Assembly (NCBI GenBank): GCA_015066045.1
Contig: SVPD01000002.1
Coordinates: 9,063-73,062 of the forward strand
Length of the DNA stretch: 64,000 nucleotides
Origin: Oscillospiraceae bacterium
GTDB lineage: Bacteria > Bacillota > Clostridia > Oscillospirales > Acutalibacteraceae
Reading direction: 5' to 3'
Position numbers and translations under genes: made by a program. Below are positions 8,284-17,067 of this stretch, piece by piece. The first letter of the stretch is position 1, and each line of letters begins with the position of its first letter. Below the pieces are notes generated by a model that was not told where the DNA came from, ran no database searches, and saw nothing but the letters and a program-made list of their open reading frames with translations.

Positions 8284-8628
8284 ATGAAGGAAGATAAATA
8301 TAAGGATTTATTGAAAACGGTTTCAATACCCGTTTGGATTTATTGTTCCGTTGAATTATTGTACTGTATGGTTTCTTTTATTATTTACAGTTTGGAACTC
8401 TATAATGCTTTCGATGTAATGGCGGAAATATCTCTCTTTTTCAGTATTATGACTTTATATTTTGCTCTGCCGGCAGTTGCTCTTGTGGGTTTTCTGTGGA
8501 TGGCAGTATATCATTCAGTAAAAAATAAAAGTATAAAACCTTTACTTAACGCAAGACTTTGGGTTACAGCGGTAATAATTGTAATCAGCACTGTCTGCAG
8601 ATTTGAGCTTATCAGTAATAATTTTTAA
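8284..8628 (+). CDS. small hypothetical membrane protein (3-4 TM)
   Basis: ATG at 8284 with a GAAGAGG RBS. Hydrophobic segments. Visibly A+T-rich compared with its neighbours. No family recognised. Confidence 0.5.
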   Translation: MKEDKYKDLLKTVSIPVWIYCSVELLYCMVSFIIYSLELYNAFDVMAEISLFFSIMTLYFALPAVALVGFLWMAVYHSVKNKSIKPLLNARLWVTAVIIVISTVCRFELISNNF

Positions 8629-8635
8629 AATGTAG

Positions 8636-8668
8636 GGGACGCCCCCCCGACGTCCCATTATTTTTGAA
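8636..8668 (+). terminator. rho-independent terminator
   Basis: GGGACG / CGTCCC stem with a C-rich loop, then ATTATTTTT. Confidence 0.55.
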
Positions 8669-8677
8669 GGTGCAAAT

Positions 8678-9454
8678 ATGAAATACAATTATCAAAGCCC
8701 CATAGCAGTGGTCGATTCCGGTGTAGGCGGTATAACCGTGCTGCGTAAGCTTTACAGACTTATGCCCAATGAGGATTACATCTATTTCGGTGACTCGGCC
8801 AATGCTCCCTACGGGGTTAAAACCAAAGAGGAAATCAAAAATCTGACGGTAAAGGCCTGCGAGTCTCTTATGGAGAGAGGGGCCAAGGCTATAGTCATAG
8901 CCTGCAATACCGCCACCAGTGCCGCCGCAGAATATCTCCGTGAAAAGTATCCTGACTTCATTTTCATCGGTCTCGAGCCTGCACTGAAGCCTGCGGCTCT
9001 TTCGTCGGAAAAGCCGAGAGTTCTCGTTCTGGCCACACCTCTTACTCTTAAGGAGGAAAAGTTTGACCGTCTTATGGCAAGATTTGAGGGTAAGGCAGAG
9101 TTTATAAAGCTGCCCGCTCCCGAGCTGGTTAAGTTTATCGAAAGCGGTAATCTTGACACATCCGAGGAAATAGCCTATCTTGAGGAAATTCTCGCTCCCT
9201 ATGCGGGAAATAAGGTGGATGCGGTTGTTTTGGGATGCACACATTTTCCCTTTGCAGAAAGGTCTATTCTGAAAATTTTGGGCGATAAGGTTCTCGTTTT
9301 CGAGGGCAGCAAGGGTGCCGCCGAGCACTGCAGACACTGTCTGGAGATTAAAGGACTGCGCTGTGTTTTAGACAGGGAAGGTGACATTTCCTTCGAAAAC
9401 AGTGACGAAAACAAAATCGAAATAAGCAAAAAAATGTTTTATTATAAAGGCTGA
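8678..9454 (+). CDS. murI: glutamate racemase
   Basis: IAVVDSGVGGITV, ACNTATS and GCTHFP motifs. Confidence 0.93.
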   Translation: MKYNYQSPIAVVDSGVGGITVLRKLYRLMPNEDYIYFGDSANAPYGVKTKEEIKNLTVKACESLMERGAKAIVIACNTATSAAAEYLREKYPDFIFIGLEPALKPAALSSEKPRVLVLATPLTLKEEKFDRLMARFEGKAEFIKLPAPELVKFIESGNLDTSEEIAYLEEILAPYAGNKVDAVVLGCTHFPFAERSILKILGDKVLVFEGSKGAAEHCRHCLEIKGLRCVLDREGDISFENSDENKIEISKKMFYYKG

Positions 9455-9459
9455 TTGAA

Positions 9460-10125
9460 ATGAAAATACAGGACGAATTAAAAGAATATCTTCTCTCTCA
9501 GGGTGCATCGGATGTGGGCTTCTGCTGCCTTCCCGACGGTGATTTCGGTGACTGCAGATATGCCGTGAGCATAGCGGTCAGGCTTTCGGACACCATAGTG
9601 GATGAAATCGGTGCAGAGCCGACTCACACCTACTTTAACCATTATCGCTCCGTTAATGCCTTCATTGATTCTCTTCTTTTAAAGGCGGGGCTTTTTCTGC
9701 AGAGCAGAGGGTATAATTACATTACCGTGGCGGCTTCTCAGAGCATTAATAAGGACGGATGGCACTATAAGGGAAGATACTCCCATAAAAAGGCCGCCTG
9801 CCTTTCGGGACTCGGCACCGTGGGTAAAAGCTCCATGTTTCTCCACCGGAAATACGGTGCAAATGTAAGACTCGGTACCGTGGTTACGGACTGCCCCTTC
9901 GAAACGGAAAAGACAGACTATGTTTCTCCCTGCCTTGACTGCGATAAATGCGTAAAGGCCTGCCCGTCGGGTGCTATTCTCGGTAAGCTGTGGGATGAAA
10001 ACACCACCAGAGAAGAGATGTTCGATCCCGAAAAATGCAGCACCTATATGAAAAATCATTTCAAGCATATCGGCAGAGGTGCCGTTTGCGGTATATGTAT
10101 GAAGGTTTGTCCCTACGGGAAATAA
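9460..10125 (+). CDS. 4Fe-4S dicluster protein, epoxyqueuosine reductase (QueG)-like
   Basis: CLDCDKCVKACPSGA and CGICMKVCPYG ferredoxin motifs, with a QueG/RdhA-like C-terminal layout. Confidence 0.7.
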   Translation: MKIQDELKEYLLSQGASDVGFCCLPDGDFGDCRYAVSIAVRLSDTIVDEIGAEPTHTYFNHYRSVNAFIDSLLLKAGLFLQSRGYNYITVAASQSINKDGWHYKGRYSHKKAACLSGLGTVGKSSMFLHRKYGANVRLGTVVTDCPFETEKTDYVSPCLDCDKCVKACPSGAILGKLWDENTTREEMFDPEKCSTYMKNHFKHIGRGAVCGICMKVCPYGK

Positions 10126-10172
10126 GGCTTTAGGGATGAAAGCTTAAAAAATATGTGTATGCAGGTGAAAAT

Positions 10173-10973
10173 ATGTGCACTGACAGAAAAATCGCACTGA
10201 TAACGGGCGGAAGCTCGGGCATAGGCAGATGCACCGCCGCAAGTCTTTTAAGGATGGGCTGCAGGGTGTACGAAATCAGCCGACGTGATATTCCCTCTCA
10301 GGGTGTAACACATCTTACTGCCGATGTTACCGACGGGGACTCGGTAAAAAATGCCGTCGCCGCCGTAATAAAAAATGAAGGTAAAATCGACATTCTGGTA
10401 AACTGTGCAGGCTTCGGTATTTCGGGAGCAGTGGAGTTTACCGCTGAGGCTGAGGCTAAAAAGCAGTTTGATGTAAACTTTTTCGGCACGGTCAATGTAA
10501 CGAAGGCAGTTCTGCCCTTTATGAGGGAGAAAAGATGCGGCAGAATAGTCAACGTCAGCTCCGTGGCTGCCGTGGCACACATACCCTTTCAGACCTATTA
10601 TTCCGCCTCAAAGGCTGCCATCGAAAGCTATACCTGCTGTCTTGCCAACGAGGTGCGCCCCTTCGGCATCTCCGTAACCGCAGTTCAGCCGGGCGACATA
10701 GCCACTGAGTTCACCGCCGCCAGAGAGAAATCCTTTGACGGAGACGACATCTACGGCGGCAGAATAGGCAGAAGCGTGTCGGGGATGGAAAGAGACGAGG
10801 AAAAGGGTATGAGCCCTGAAAAGGCAGGGGAGTACATAGCCGAAATCGCTCTTAAGAGAAAGGTTAAGCCTGTTTATGCTATCGGATTTACATATAAACT
10901 TCTGGCAGTTCTCTGTAAGGTTTTCCCGTCTTCTGTGAGAAATTACATAGTCGGTATGCTTTATGCGAAATAA
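10173..10973 (+). CDS. SDR family oxidoreductase
   Basis: TGGSSGIG cofactor motif, NCAG, and the YSASK catalytic motif. Start at the ATG at 10173 with an AGGTGA RBS. Confidence 0.88.
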   Translation: MCTDRKIALITGGSSGIGRCTAASLLRMGCRVYEISRRDIPSQGVTHLTADVTDGDSVKNAVAAVIKNEGKIDILVNCAGFGISGAVEFTAEAEAKKQFDVNFFGTVNVTKAVLPFMREKRCGRIVNVSSVAAVAHIPFQTYYSASKAAIESYTCCLANEVRPFGISVTAVQPGDIATEFTAAREKSFDGDDIYGGRIGRSVSGMERDEEKGMSPEKAGEYIAEIALKRKVKPVYAIGFTYKLLAVLCKVFPSSVRNYIVGMLYAK

Positions 10974-10992
10974 AATTAATCACCCTTACATC

Positions 10993-11021
10993 TTGACAAC
11001 GGTGTGAGGGTATTATATAAT
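10993..11021 (+). promoter_or_regulatory. sigma-A-like promoter of tRNA-Leu
   Basis: TTGACA, 17-nt spacer, TATAAT, about 12 nt before the tRNA 5' end. Confidence 0.6.
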
Positions 11022-11033
11022 AGTGAGCAATGA

Positions 11034-11120
11034 GCCGGTGTGTTGGAATTGGCAGACGAGGCGGACTCAAAATCCGTTGGTAGCGATACCGTGCGGGTTC
11101 GACCCCCGCCACCGGCACCA
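11034..11120 (+). tRNA. tRNA-Leu (anticodon CAA)
   Basis: Acceptor GCCGGTG/CACCGGC, anticodon loop CT-CAA-AA, long variable arm, GGTTCGA T-loop, encoded CCA. Confidence 0.93.
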
Positions 11121-11126
11121 AAAAAG

Positions 11127-11160
11127 AAAAGTCGCACGGCAGTGTGGCTTTTATTTTTTT
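11127..11160 (+). terminator. rho-independent terminator (copy 1 of a duplicated module)
   Basis: AAAAGUCGCAC-GGCA-GUGUGGCUUUU stem with G-U pairs, then a U-run. The sequence recurs at 26369-26402. Confidence 0.8.
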
Positions 11161-11190
11161 AATATTTCAATTACGATTTGTAAAAAAGAC

Positions 11191-11219
11191 TTTACAAAAG
11201 TGTTAAAACAGTATATAAT
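11191..11219 (+). promoter_or_regulatory. sigma-A-like promoter
   Basis: TTTACA, 17-nt spacer, TATAAT. Confidence 0.5.
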
Positions 11220-11257
11220 CTATCTGTAAAAATTTGTATATAAAAGGGGACAGGATA

Positions 11258-12970
11258 ATGAAAAGAAATTTTAAAAAGGCACTTTCTCTCGTGCTGGCAC
11301 TCATTATGCTTATGAGCCTTGCAGTGCCTGCCTTTGCTAAGGAGACAATGTGGATTTCACAGAGCCTCAGTGACGTTCCTGTTATCCGTATTTCGGGTGA
11401 CGGTGAAAAGCTTGTAGATGAAAACGGTAATAAGGTTTTCCATTACAAGGATTTCGCATCTCTTCTCGAAAGTGACGAAGAGGAGGAAGAGGAGGGAGAC
11501 AGCTCACTTATCGAGTCTGTTGCCAATATTTTAATGCCCTTCCTTATCGACGGTCTGCTTAACGATAACTGGGAGCCCTACTACGAAAACCTCCAGAAGG
11601 AAATCGGTGAGCTTTTCGAAACCTCACTTCTCGATAAGGACGGTAACGCTCAGTACGGTACAGGTCTGCGTCAGGAAAGAATCGATAAGATGAATAGGGT
11701 AAGACATAATGACCAGATGTGGTCAAACGAGCAGAGCAGCAAGTTTTATGTTCACGACAGATATTGGTTCTATTATGACTGGAGACTCGATCCCATCGAA
11801 ACTGCAAGTGAGTTTAAAGCTTATGTAGACGATATATGTGCCTCCACCGGTTGCGGTGAGGTTGGCGTTATCGCCAGCTGTCTGGGTACTAATGTGGTTA
11901 CTGCTTATCTCGCAGTTTATCCCGAGCACGCATCCGAGCACATCAGAGGTGTTGCCTTTGACGGCAGCGTCGTCGGCGGTGCAGAGATGCTCAGTGAGGC
12001 CATCAGCGGTAAATTCAATATCGATGCTGCTGCCATAAACAGAACTCTTATTGACTGCGGCGCAATCGGTATGTTCGACATCGATGGCTTTATCAATACT
12101 ACACTCGAAATGCTCGACAGAACAGGAGCTCTTGATGCAGTTATCGGTAAAACCAAGGACTGGATTTACTATAAATTAGTAGAGGGCGTTACCTCTGCCC
12201 TTGCTCTTTCCACCTTCTACACCTGGCCAAATTACTGGGCATGCGTATCTCCCGAGGATTATGACACTGCCATGGAATATGTTTTCGGTCCCGAGGGAAG
12301 CAAAAAGAGAAGCGAATATGCAGGTCTTATTGCAAAGCTTGATAATTATAATGAGGTGGTTCGTCAGAGAATACCCGAAATTCTTACACAGACAGTAGAA
12401 AACGGTGTTCATTTCGGTGCTGTTTCCAAATACGGCTTCCAGACTCTTCCCATCTGTGAGACAAATTATCTCGTTTCTGACCAGTTCGCTTCAGTAGGTC
12501 GCTCCTCCTTCGGTGCTACTACGGGAACTATCTATAATGACCTTCCTGAAGACTACATAGCCGACAGAATCGAAAAGGGCTTCGGTGAATACCTTTCTCC
12601 CGACGGACAGATAGATGCATCTACCTGCCTTTTCCCCGAAAGCACGTGGTTTATCAAAGGCTCGAGCCATTCCAACTGGTCCGACTGGGAGCTTCGTCTG
12701 CTTTACGACATAGCCTCATCCGAGGAGCAGCTGACTGTAGATAATTCCTGCTGGCCCTCACAGTTTGTGGTTTATTCCTATACTAATCCCGACGAGGACA
12801 GTGACGGTGAAATCGAGGCTATGACCACTGAAAACTGCGACACGGAAAACTGGGAGGCTGACGACAAAATCGACAATCCCACGGATAAATACGGCAGAAT
12901 TTTCGTAGCAGTTACCGCTCTCATTAATTGGCTGATGGAGCTCGTAAAAATGCTTTTCGATTTAGCCTGA
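11258..12970 (+). CDS. secreted alpha/beta-hydrolase, LCAT/lipase-like
   Basis: Signal peptide MKRNFKKALSLVLALIMLMSLAVPAFA-KE. YYDWRLDP motif followed about 25 aa later by VGVIASCLG, as in the LCAT family (YDWRLEP...IGHSLG). Acidic run E7. Hydrophobic C-terminal tail. Confidence 0.6.
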   Translation: MKRNFKKALSLVLALIMLMSLAVPAFAKETMWISQSLSDVPVIRISGDGEKLVDENGNKVFHYKDFASLLESDEEEEEEGDSSLIESVANILMPFLIDGLLNDNWEPYYENLQKEIGELFETSLLDKDGNAQYGTGLRQERIDKMNRVRHNDQMWSNEQSSKFYVHDRYWFYYDWRLDPIETASEFKAYVDDICASTGCGEVGVIASCLGTNVVTAYLAVYPEHASEHIRGVAFDGSVVGGAEMLSEAISGKFNIDAAAINRTLIDCGAIGMFDIDGFINTTLEMLDRTGALDAVIGKTKDWIYYKLVEGVTSALALSTFYTWPNYWACVSPEDYDTAMEYVFGPEGSKKRSEYAGLIAKLDNYNEVVRQRIPEILTQTVENGVHFGAVSKYGFQTLPICETNYLVSDQFASVGRSSFGATTGTIYNDLPEDYIADRIEKGFGEYLSPDGQIDASTCLFPESTWFIKGSSHSNWSDWELRLLYDIASSEEQLTVDNSCWPSQFVVYSYTNPDEDSDGEIEAMTTENCDTENWEADDKIDNPTDKYGRIFVAVTALINWLMELVKMLFDLA

Positions 12971-13035
12971 TAATTCTACCTTAAATAATAAATGCGGCTG
13001 CAAAAAAGTGCAGATAGCATAAGCTTATACGATTG

Positions 13036-13069
13036 AAAAGGCGTTGTAATTTTACGACGCCTTTTATTT
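13036..13069 (+). terminator. rho-independent terminator
   Basis: AAAAGGCGTTGTA / TACGACGCCTTTT stem plus a T tail. Confidence 0.75.
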
Positions 13070-13112
13070 GCGTTTTATATGCACCTTTTATTTTAATTTT
13101 CTGTTTTTTCTC

Positions 13113-13141
13113 TTGTCTTAATTAATATAGTATGTTATAAT
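13113..13141 (+). promoter_or_regulatory. sigma-A-like promoter of ruvCAB
   Basis: TTGTCT, 17-nt spacer, TATAAT. Confidence 0.5.
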
Positions 13142-13174
13142 AGCTTAATTGTTAATGTGAGGTAGTGTTTGTTT

Positions 13175-13681
13175 ATGGTTATTTTAGGAATAGATCCCGG
13201 TTATGCTATAGTCGGTTACGGTGTAATCAGCTACCGTAATAACCATTTTTCCGTCATCGATTACGGAGCCATCACCACTGATGCGAAAACACCCTTCAAC
13301 GAAAGGCTCGAAAGCATTTTTGATGAGCTGACGGCTATCATCGAAAAGCATTCTCCCGAGGCTATGGCCATCGAAAAGGTTTTTTATAACAGTAATGCCA
13401 AAACCGTTATCGATGTCAGTCAGGCCAGAGGTGTGATAATGCTTGCCGCTCAGAAAAAGGGGCTGCCCGCCTATGAATACACTCCCTTACAGGTAAAGCA
13501 GAGTGTGGTAGGCTACGGCAGAGCCGAGAAAAAGCAGGTGCAGGAGATGATAAGGCGTATCTTAGGTCTGGAAAGGGTTCCGAAGCCTGACGACACCGCT
13601 GACGCTCTGGCTATGGCGGTATGTCACGCACATGCCAGCGGCTCACTTATGCAGAATATGAGAATTAAAAGAGGTATCTGA
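13175..13681 (+). CDS. ruvC: crossover junction endodeoxyribonuclease RuvC
   Basis: MVILGIDPGYAIVGYG. The TTG at 13169 is an alternative start. Confidence 0.93.
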   Translation: MVILGIDPGYAIVGYGVISYRNNHFSVIDYGAITTDAKTPFNERLESIFDELTAIIEKHSPEAMAIEKVFYNSNAKTVIDVSQARGVIMLAAQKKGLPAYEYTPLQVKQSVVGYGRAEKKQVQEMIRRILGLERVPKPDDTADALAMAVCHAHASGSLMQNMRIKRGI

Positions 13682-13683
13682 TT

Positions 13684-14286
13684 ATGTTTTACAGTCTTAC
13701 TGGTAATGTGGTTTATAAGGGACTTACGGAGTTTGCCGTGGAATGCGGAGGCGTGGCCTTCCGTTGTCAGAGCTCCTTTGCCACTCTTTCAGAGATAATA
13801 CCCGGTGAAAAAATGACCGTTTACACCTATCTGAATGTCCGTGAGGATGCTCTCGACCTGTTCGCCTTTACCACGGAATATGAGCTCGAATGGTTTAAAA
13901 TGCTCATCACCGTAAACGGCGTAGGCCCCAAGGCGGCTTTAGCCGTTCTTTCCGAGCTTTCTCCCGACAGACTGGCTCTGTGCATTTCCGCCTCCGATGT
14001 GAAGGCTATTACCAAGGCACAGGGTATAGGCCCGAAAATAGCCCAGAGGATCATCCTCGACCTTAAGGACAAGGTTAAGGGTATCGCTCCCGCCTCGGAA
14101 GCATCGTCAGACATTACTGCAGTTTCAGCTGCCTCCGATATGCCGAACACGAGTGAGGCCATAGCCGCTCTCACCATGCTCGGCTACACACAGTCCGATG
14201 CGGCCGTAGCCGTCAGTAAGCTTGACAGCTCGCTTTCGGTGGAAAATCTTATCAAGGGCGCACTTAAATTATTATCATTAGGGTGA
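13684..14286 (+). CDS. ruvA: Holliday junction DNA helicase RuvA
   Basis: NGVGPKAALAVLS HhH motifs, ruvC-ruvA-ruvB gene order. Confidence 0.95.
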   Translation: MFYSLTGNVVYKGLTEFAVECGGVAFRCQSSFATLSEIIPGEKMTVYTYLNVREDALDLFAFTTEYELEWFKMLITVNGVGPKAALAVLSELSPDRLALCISASDVKAITKAQGIGPKIAQRIILDLKDKVKGIAPASEASSDITAVSAASDMPNTSEAIAALTMLGYTQSDAAVAVSKLDSSLSVENLIKGALKLLSLG

Positions 14287-14292
14287 AGATAA

Positions 14293-15312
14293 ATGGATTT
14301 TGAAGAAAGAATAATCGCTCCTGACCTTACCTCCTTCGACAGTGAGATCGAAACCTCTCTCAGACCGAAGGTGCTCACCGACTACATCGGACAGGAAAAG
14401 GCCAAGGAAAATTTGGAAATATATATCAAAGCTGCCCGTGAGAGAGGAGAAAGCCTCGACCACGTGCTCCTTTACGGCCCCCCCGGCTTGGGCAAGACAA
14501 CCCTCGCAGGCATCATTGCCAACGAAATGAACGTAAATTTCCGTGTTACCTCGGGCCCTGCCATCGAAAAGCCGGGTGATCTGGCGGCACTGCTTACCAA
14601 TCTTAACGAGGGTGACGTGCTTTTCATCGACGAAATACACCGTCTTAACAGAAGCGTAGAGGAGGTTCTTTATCCCGCTATGGAGGATAATGCCCTCGAT
14701 ATCATCATAGGTAAAGGTCCCTCGGCACGCTCCATAAGACTCGACCTTCCGAGGTTTACTCTCGTCGGTGCCACCACACGTGCCGGTCAGCTTTCGGCAC
14801 CTCTTCGTGACCGCTTCGGCGTCATACTCAGACTGGAAATGTATACTCCCGAGGAGCTGGCTCAGATAGTAACACGCAGTGCAGGCATTCTTGGCATAGA
14901 CATAGAAAAATACGGTGCTCTGGAAATCGCCTCCCGCTCGAGAGGCACACCCCGTATCGCAAACCGTCTGCTTAAAAGAGCGAGAGACTTCGCACAGGTA
15001 GTCGGTAACGGCATAATCGACGAGGAAAGTGCCGACCTTGCCCTGAGCAAAATGGAAATCGACCATATCGGTCTTGACTCCATAGACCGCCTTCTGCTTA
15101 CTACTATGATTAAAAACTACGGCGGCGGCCCTGTCGGACTGGAGACCATAGCGGCGGCTATCGGCGAAGAGGCAGTAACCATCGAGGACGTTTATGAGCC
15201 TTATCTTATGCAGATCGGCTTCCTCGGCAGAACACCGAGAGGCAGAGTGGCTACCGCTGCGGCCTATGAGCATTTGAGTATCCCTATGCCGGGACAGCAG
15301 AAATTATTTTAA
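14293..15312 (+). CDS. ruvB: Holliday junction DNA helicase RuvB
   Basis: [14 protein letters not shown], Walker [16 protein letters not shown]. Confidence 0.97.
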   Translation: MDFEERIIAPDLTSFDSEIETSLRPKVLTDYIGQEKAKENLEIYIKAARERGESLDHVLLYGPPGLGKTTLAGIIANEMNVNFRVTSGPAIEKPGDLAALLTNLNEGDVLFIDEIHRLNRSVEEVLYPAMEDNALDIIIGKGPSARSIRLDLPRFTLVGATTRAGQLSAPLRDRFGVILRLEMYTPEELAQIVTRSAGILGIDIEKYGALEIASRSRGTPRIANRLLKRARDFAQVVGNGIIDEESADLALSKMEIDHIGLDSIDRLLLTTMIKNYGGGPVGLETIAAAIGEEAVTIEDVYEPYLMQIGFLGRTPRGRVATAAAYEHLSIPMPGQQKLF

Positions 15313-15329
15313 CGGAGATTAAATCAGTT

Positions 15330-16193
15330 ATGAGATATACTAAAGACTGGAAGGATTATGAGCTTATCGACTGCTCATCGGGTGAGCGACTGGAAAGATG
15401 GGGAGACATCATCCTCGTCAGACCTGATCCGCAGGTTATATGGAAAACACCCAAAACAAATCCCTTATGGAAAAAGGTTAATGCCTATTATCACCGCTCC
15501 AAATCCGGCGGCGGTGCATGGGATGTCAGAAGCAAAATGCCTCCCTTCTGGAGCATAAGGTATAAGGATCTGACCTTTAACATAAAGACTATGGGCTTCA
15601 AGCACACGGGACTTTTTCCCGAGCAGGCCGTAAACTGGGACTATACCAGAGAAATCATACGTAAGGCGGGCAGACCTGTAAAGGTGCTGAATCTTTTCGC
15701 CTACACGGGCGGTGCCACCGTAGCACCTCTGAGCGAAAATGCACAGGTGGTACACGTGGATGCCTCAAAGGGTATGGTAGCCTGGGCCAAGGAAAATGCC
15801 GTTTCCTCGGGTGTGGCTGACGGCAGTGTCAGATGGATAGTGGATGACTGCGTTAAGTTCGTTCAGCGCGAAATCCGCCGCGGAAATAAATACGACATCA
15901 TTATTATGGATCCTCCCTCCTACGGCAGAGGTCCGGGCGGTGAGGTCTGGAAATTAGAGGATGAGGTTTACGGTCTGGTGGAGCTGTGCAGTGAGCTTTT
16001 ATACGAGGATTCACTGATGATGCTCATTAATTCCTACACCACAGGTCTTTCGTCCTCAGTTATGGAATATATTTTAGGTGCCGTCGTTAAAAAGAGATTC
16101 GGCGGCAGGATATCTTCTTCGGAAATCGGTCTTCCCGTGACGCATACAGGTATGATTCTTCCCTGCGGTGCATCCGCTATATGGGAAAAATAA
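15330..16193 (+). CDS. class I SAM-dependent (RlmI-like) methyltransferase
   Basis: LNLFAYTGGATV and IIMDPPSYGRGP motifs. Confidence 0.8.
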   Translation: MRYTKDWKDYELIDCSSGERLERWGDIILVRPDPQVIWKTPKTNPLWKKVNAYYHRSKSGGGAWDVRSKMPPFWSIRYKDLTFNIKTMGFKHTGLFPEQAVNWDYTREIIRKAGRPVKVLNLFAYTGGATVAPLSENAQVVHVDASKGMVAWAKENAVSSGVADGSVRWIVDDCVKFVQREIRRGNKYDIIIMDPPSYGRGPGGEVWKLEDEVYGLVELCSELLYEDSLMMLINSYTTGLSSSVMEYILGAVVKKRFGGRISSSEIGLPVTHTGMILPCGASAIWEK

Positions 16194-16209
16194 GAGGTTA
16201 GCTTAATTT

Positions 16210-17067
16210 ATGAAAAATTACATCGAGTTCGACGGCGTTTGCTTCGCTTATGAGGAGGACAATGAAATCCCTGCAGCGGAAAACGTTATCGAAAATATGA
16301 GTCTTAAAATCGAAAAGGGCGATTTCGTCGCAGTCTTGGGGCATAACGGCTGCGGAAAGTCCACTCTTGCCAAGCTCTGTAATGCCATTTTAGTGCCTCA
16401 GCAGGGCAAGGTTTACATCGACGGCATCGATACTGCCGACGAAGAGAGGATTTATGACATAAGACAGAGAGTGGGTATGGTTTTCCAGAATCCCGACAAC
16501 CAGATAGTAGCCACCGTAGTCGAGGACGACGTGGCCTTCGGTCCCGAAAATTTAGGCGTGGAGCCCGCTGAAATCAGAAAAAGAGTGGATGAAGCGCTCA
16601 GAGATGTGGGTATGTATGATTTCCGCTTCTTCGAGCCTCATAAGCTTTCGGGCGGACAGAAGCAGAGAGTGGCCATAGCAGGCATTATCGCCATGAAGCC
16701 CGACTGCATCGTTCTGGACGAGCCGACGGCTATGCTCGATCCGAGAGGCCGCCGTGAGGTTATGGATACCGTGAAGCGTCTGAATGAGGAATACGGCATC
16801 ACCGTAATTTTCATCACTCATTATATGGATGAGGCGGTAAGGGCAAACCGTGTCATCGTTATGGACAAGGGTAAAATCCTTCTCGACGGAGCACCCAAGG
16901 AGGTCTTCGTGAACACGGACACCCTTAAGGATATAGGTCTCGATATTCCCGAGGCTACCGAGCTTACGCATCTGCTTATCGGAAAGGGAATAGACCTGCC
17001 CGAGGATATACTTGACATTGACGAGCTTTATTCTCATATTATAAGGCTCACGGAGGAGAAAAATTGA
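16210..17067 (+). CDS. ecfA1: ECF transporter ATPase EcfA1
   Basis: Walker A GHNGCGKST, LSGGQKQR signature, ecfA-ecfA-ecfT-truA gene order. Confidence 0.92.
   Translation: MKNYIEFDGVCFAYEEDNEIPAAENVIENMSLKIEKGDFVAVLGHNGCGKSTLAKLCNAILVPQQGKVYIDGIDTADEERIYDIRQRVGMVFQNPDNQIVATVVEDDVAFGPENLGVEPAEIRKRVDEALRDVGMYDFRFFEPHKLSGGQKQRVAIAGIIAMKPDCIVLDEPTAMLDPRGRREVMDTVKRLNEEYGITVIFITHYMDEAVRANRVIVMDKGKILLDGAPKEVFVNTDTLKDIGLDIPEATELTHLLIGKGIDLPEDILDIDELYSHIIRLTEEKN

Noticed and set aside
8612-9337. 241-aa minus-strand ORF
   Set aside because: It is antisense to murI and overlaps a terminator. It has no motifs and no RBS. Shadow ORF.
10888-11229. Track ORFs of 77 aa (minus) and 68 aa (plus) around 11.0-11.2 kb
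   Set aside because: They overlap tRNA-Leu, its promoter and its terminator. They are not coding.
14278-15273. 331-aa minus-strand ORF
   Set aside because: It lies entirely antisense to ruvB, whose identity is unambiguous. It has no RBS, and its Arg/Ser/Gly-rich low-complexity translation is typical of a shadow ORF.
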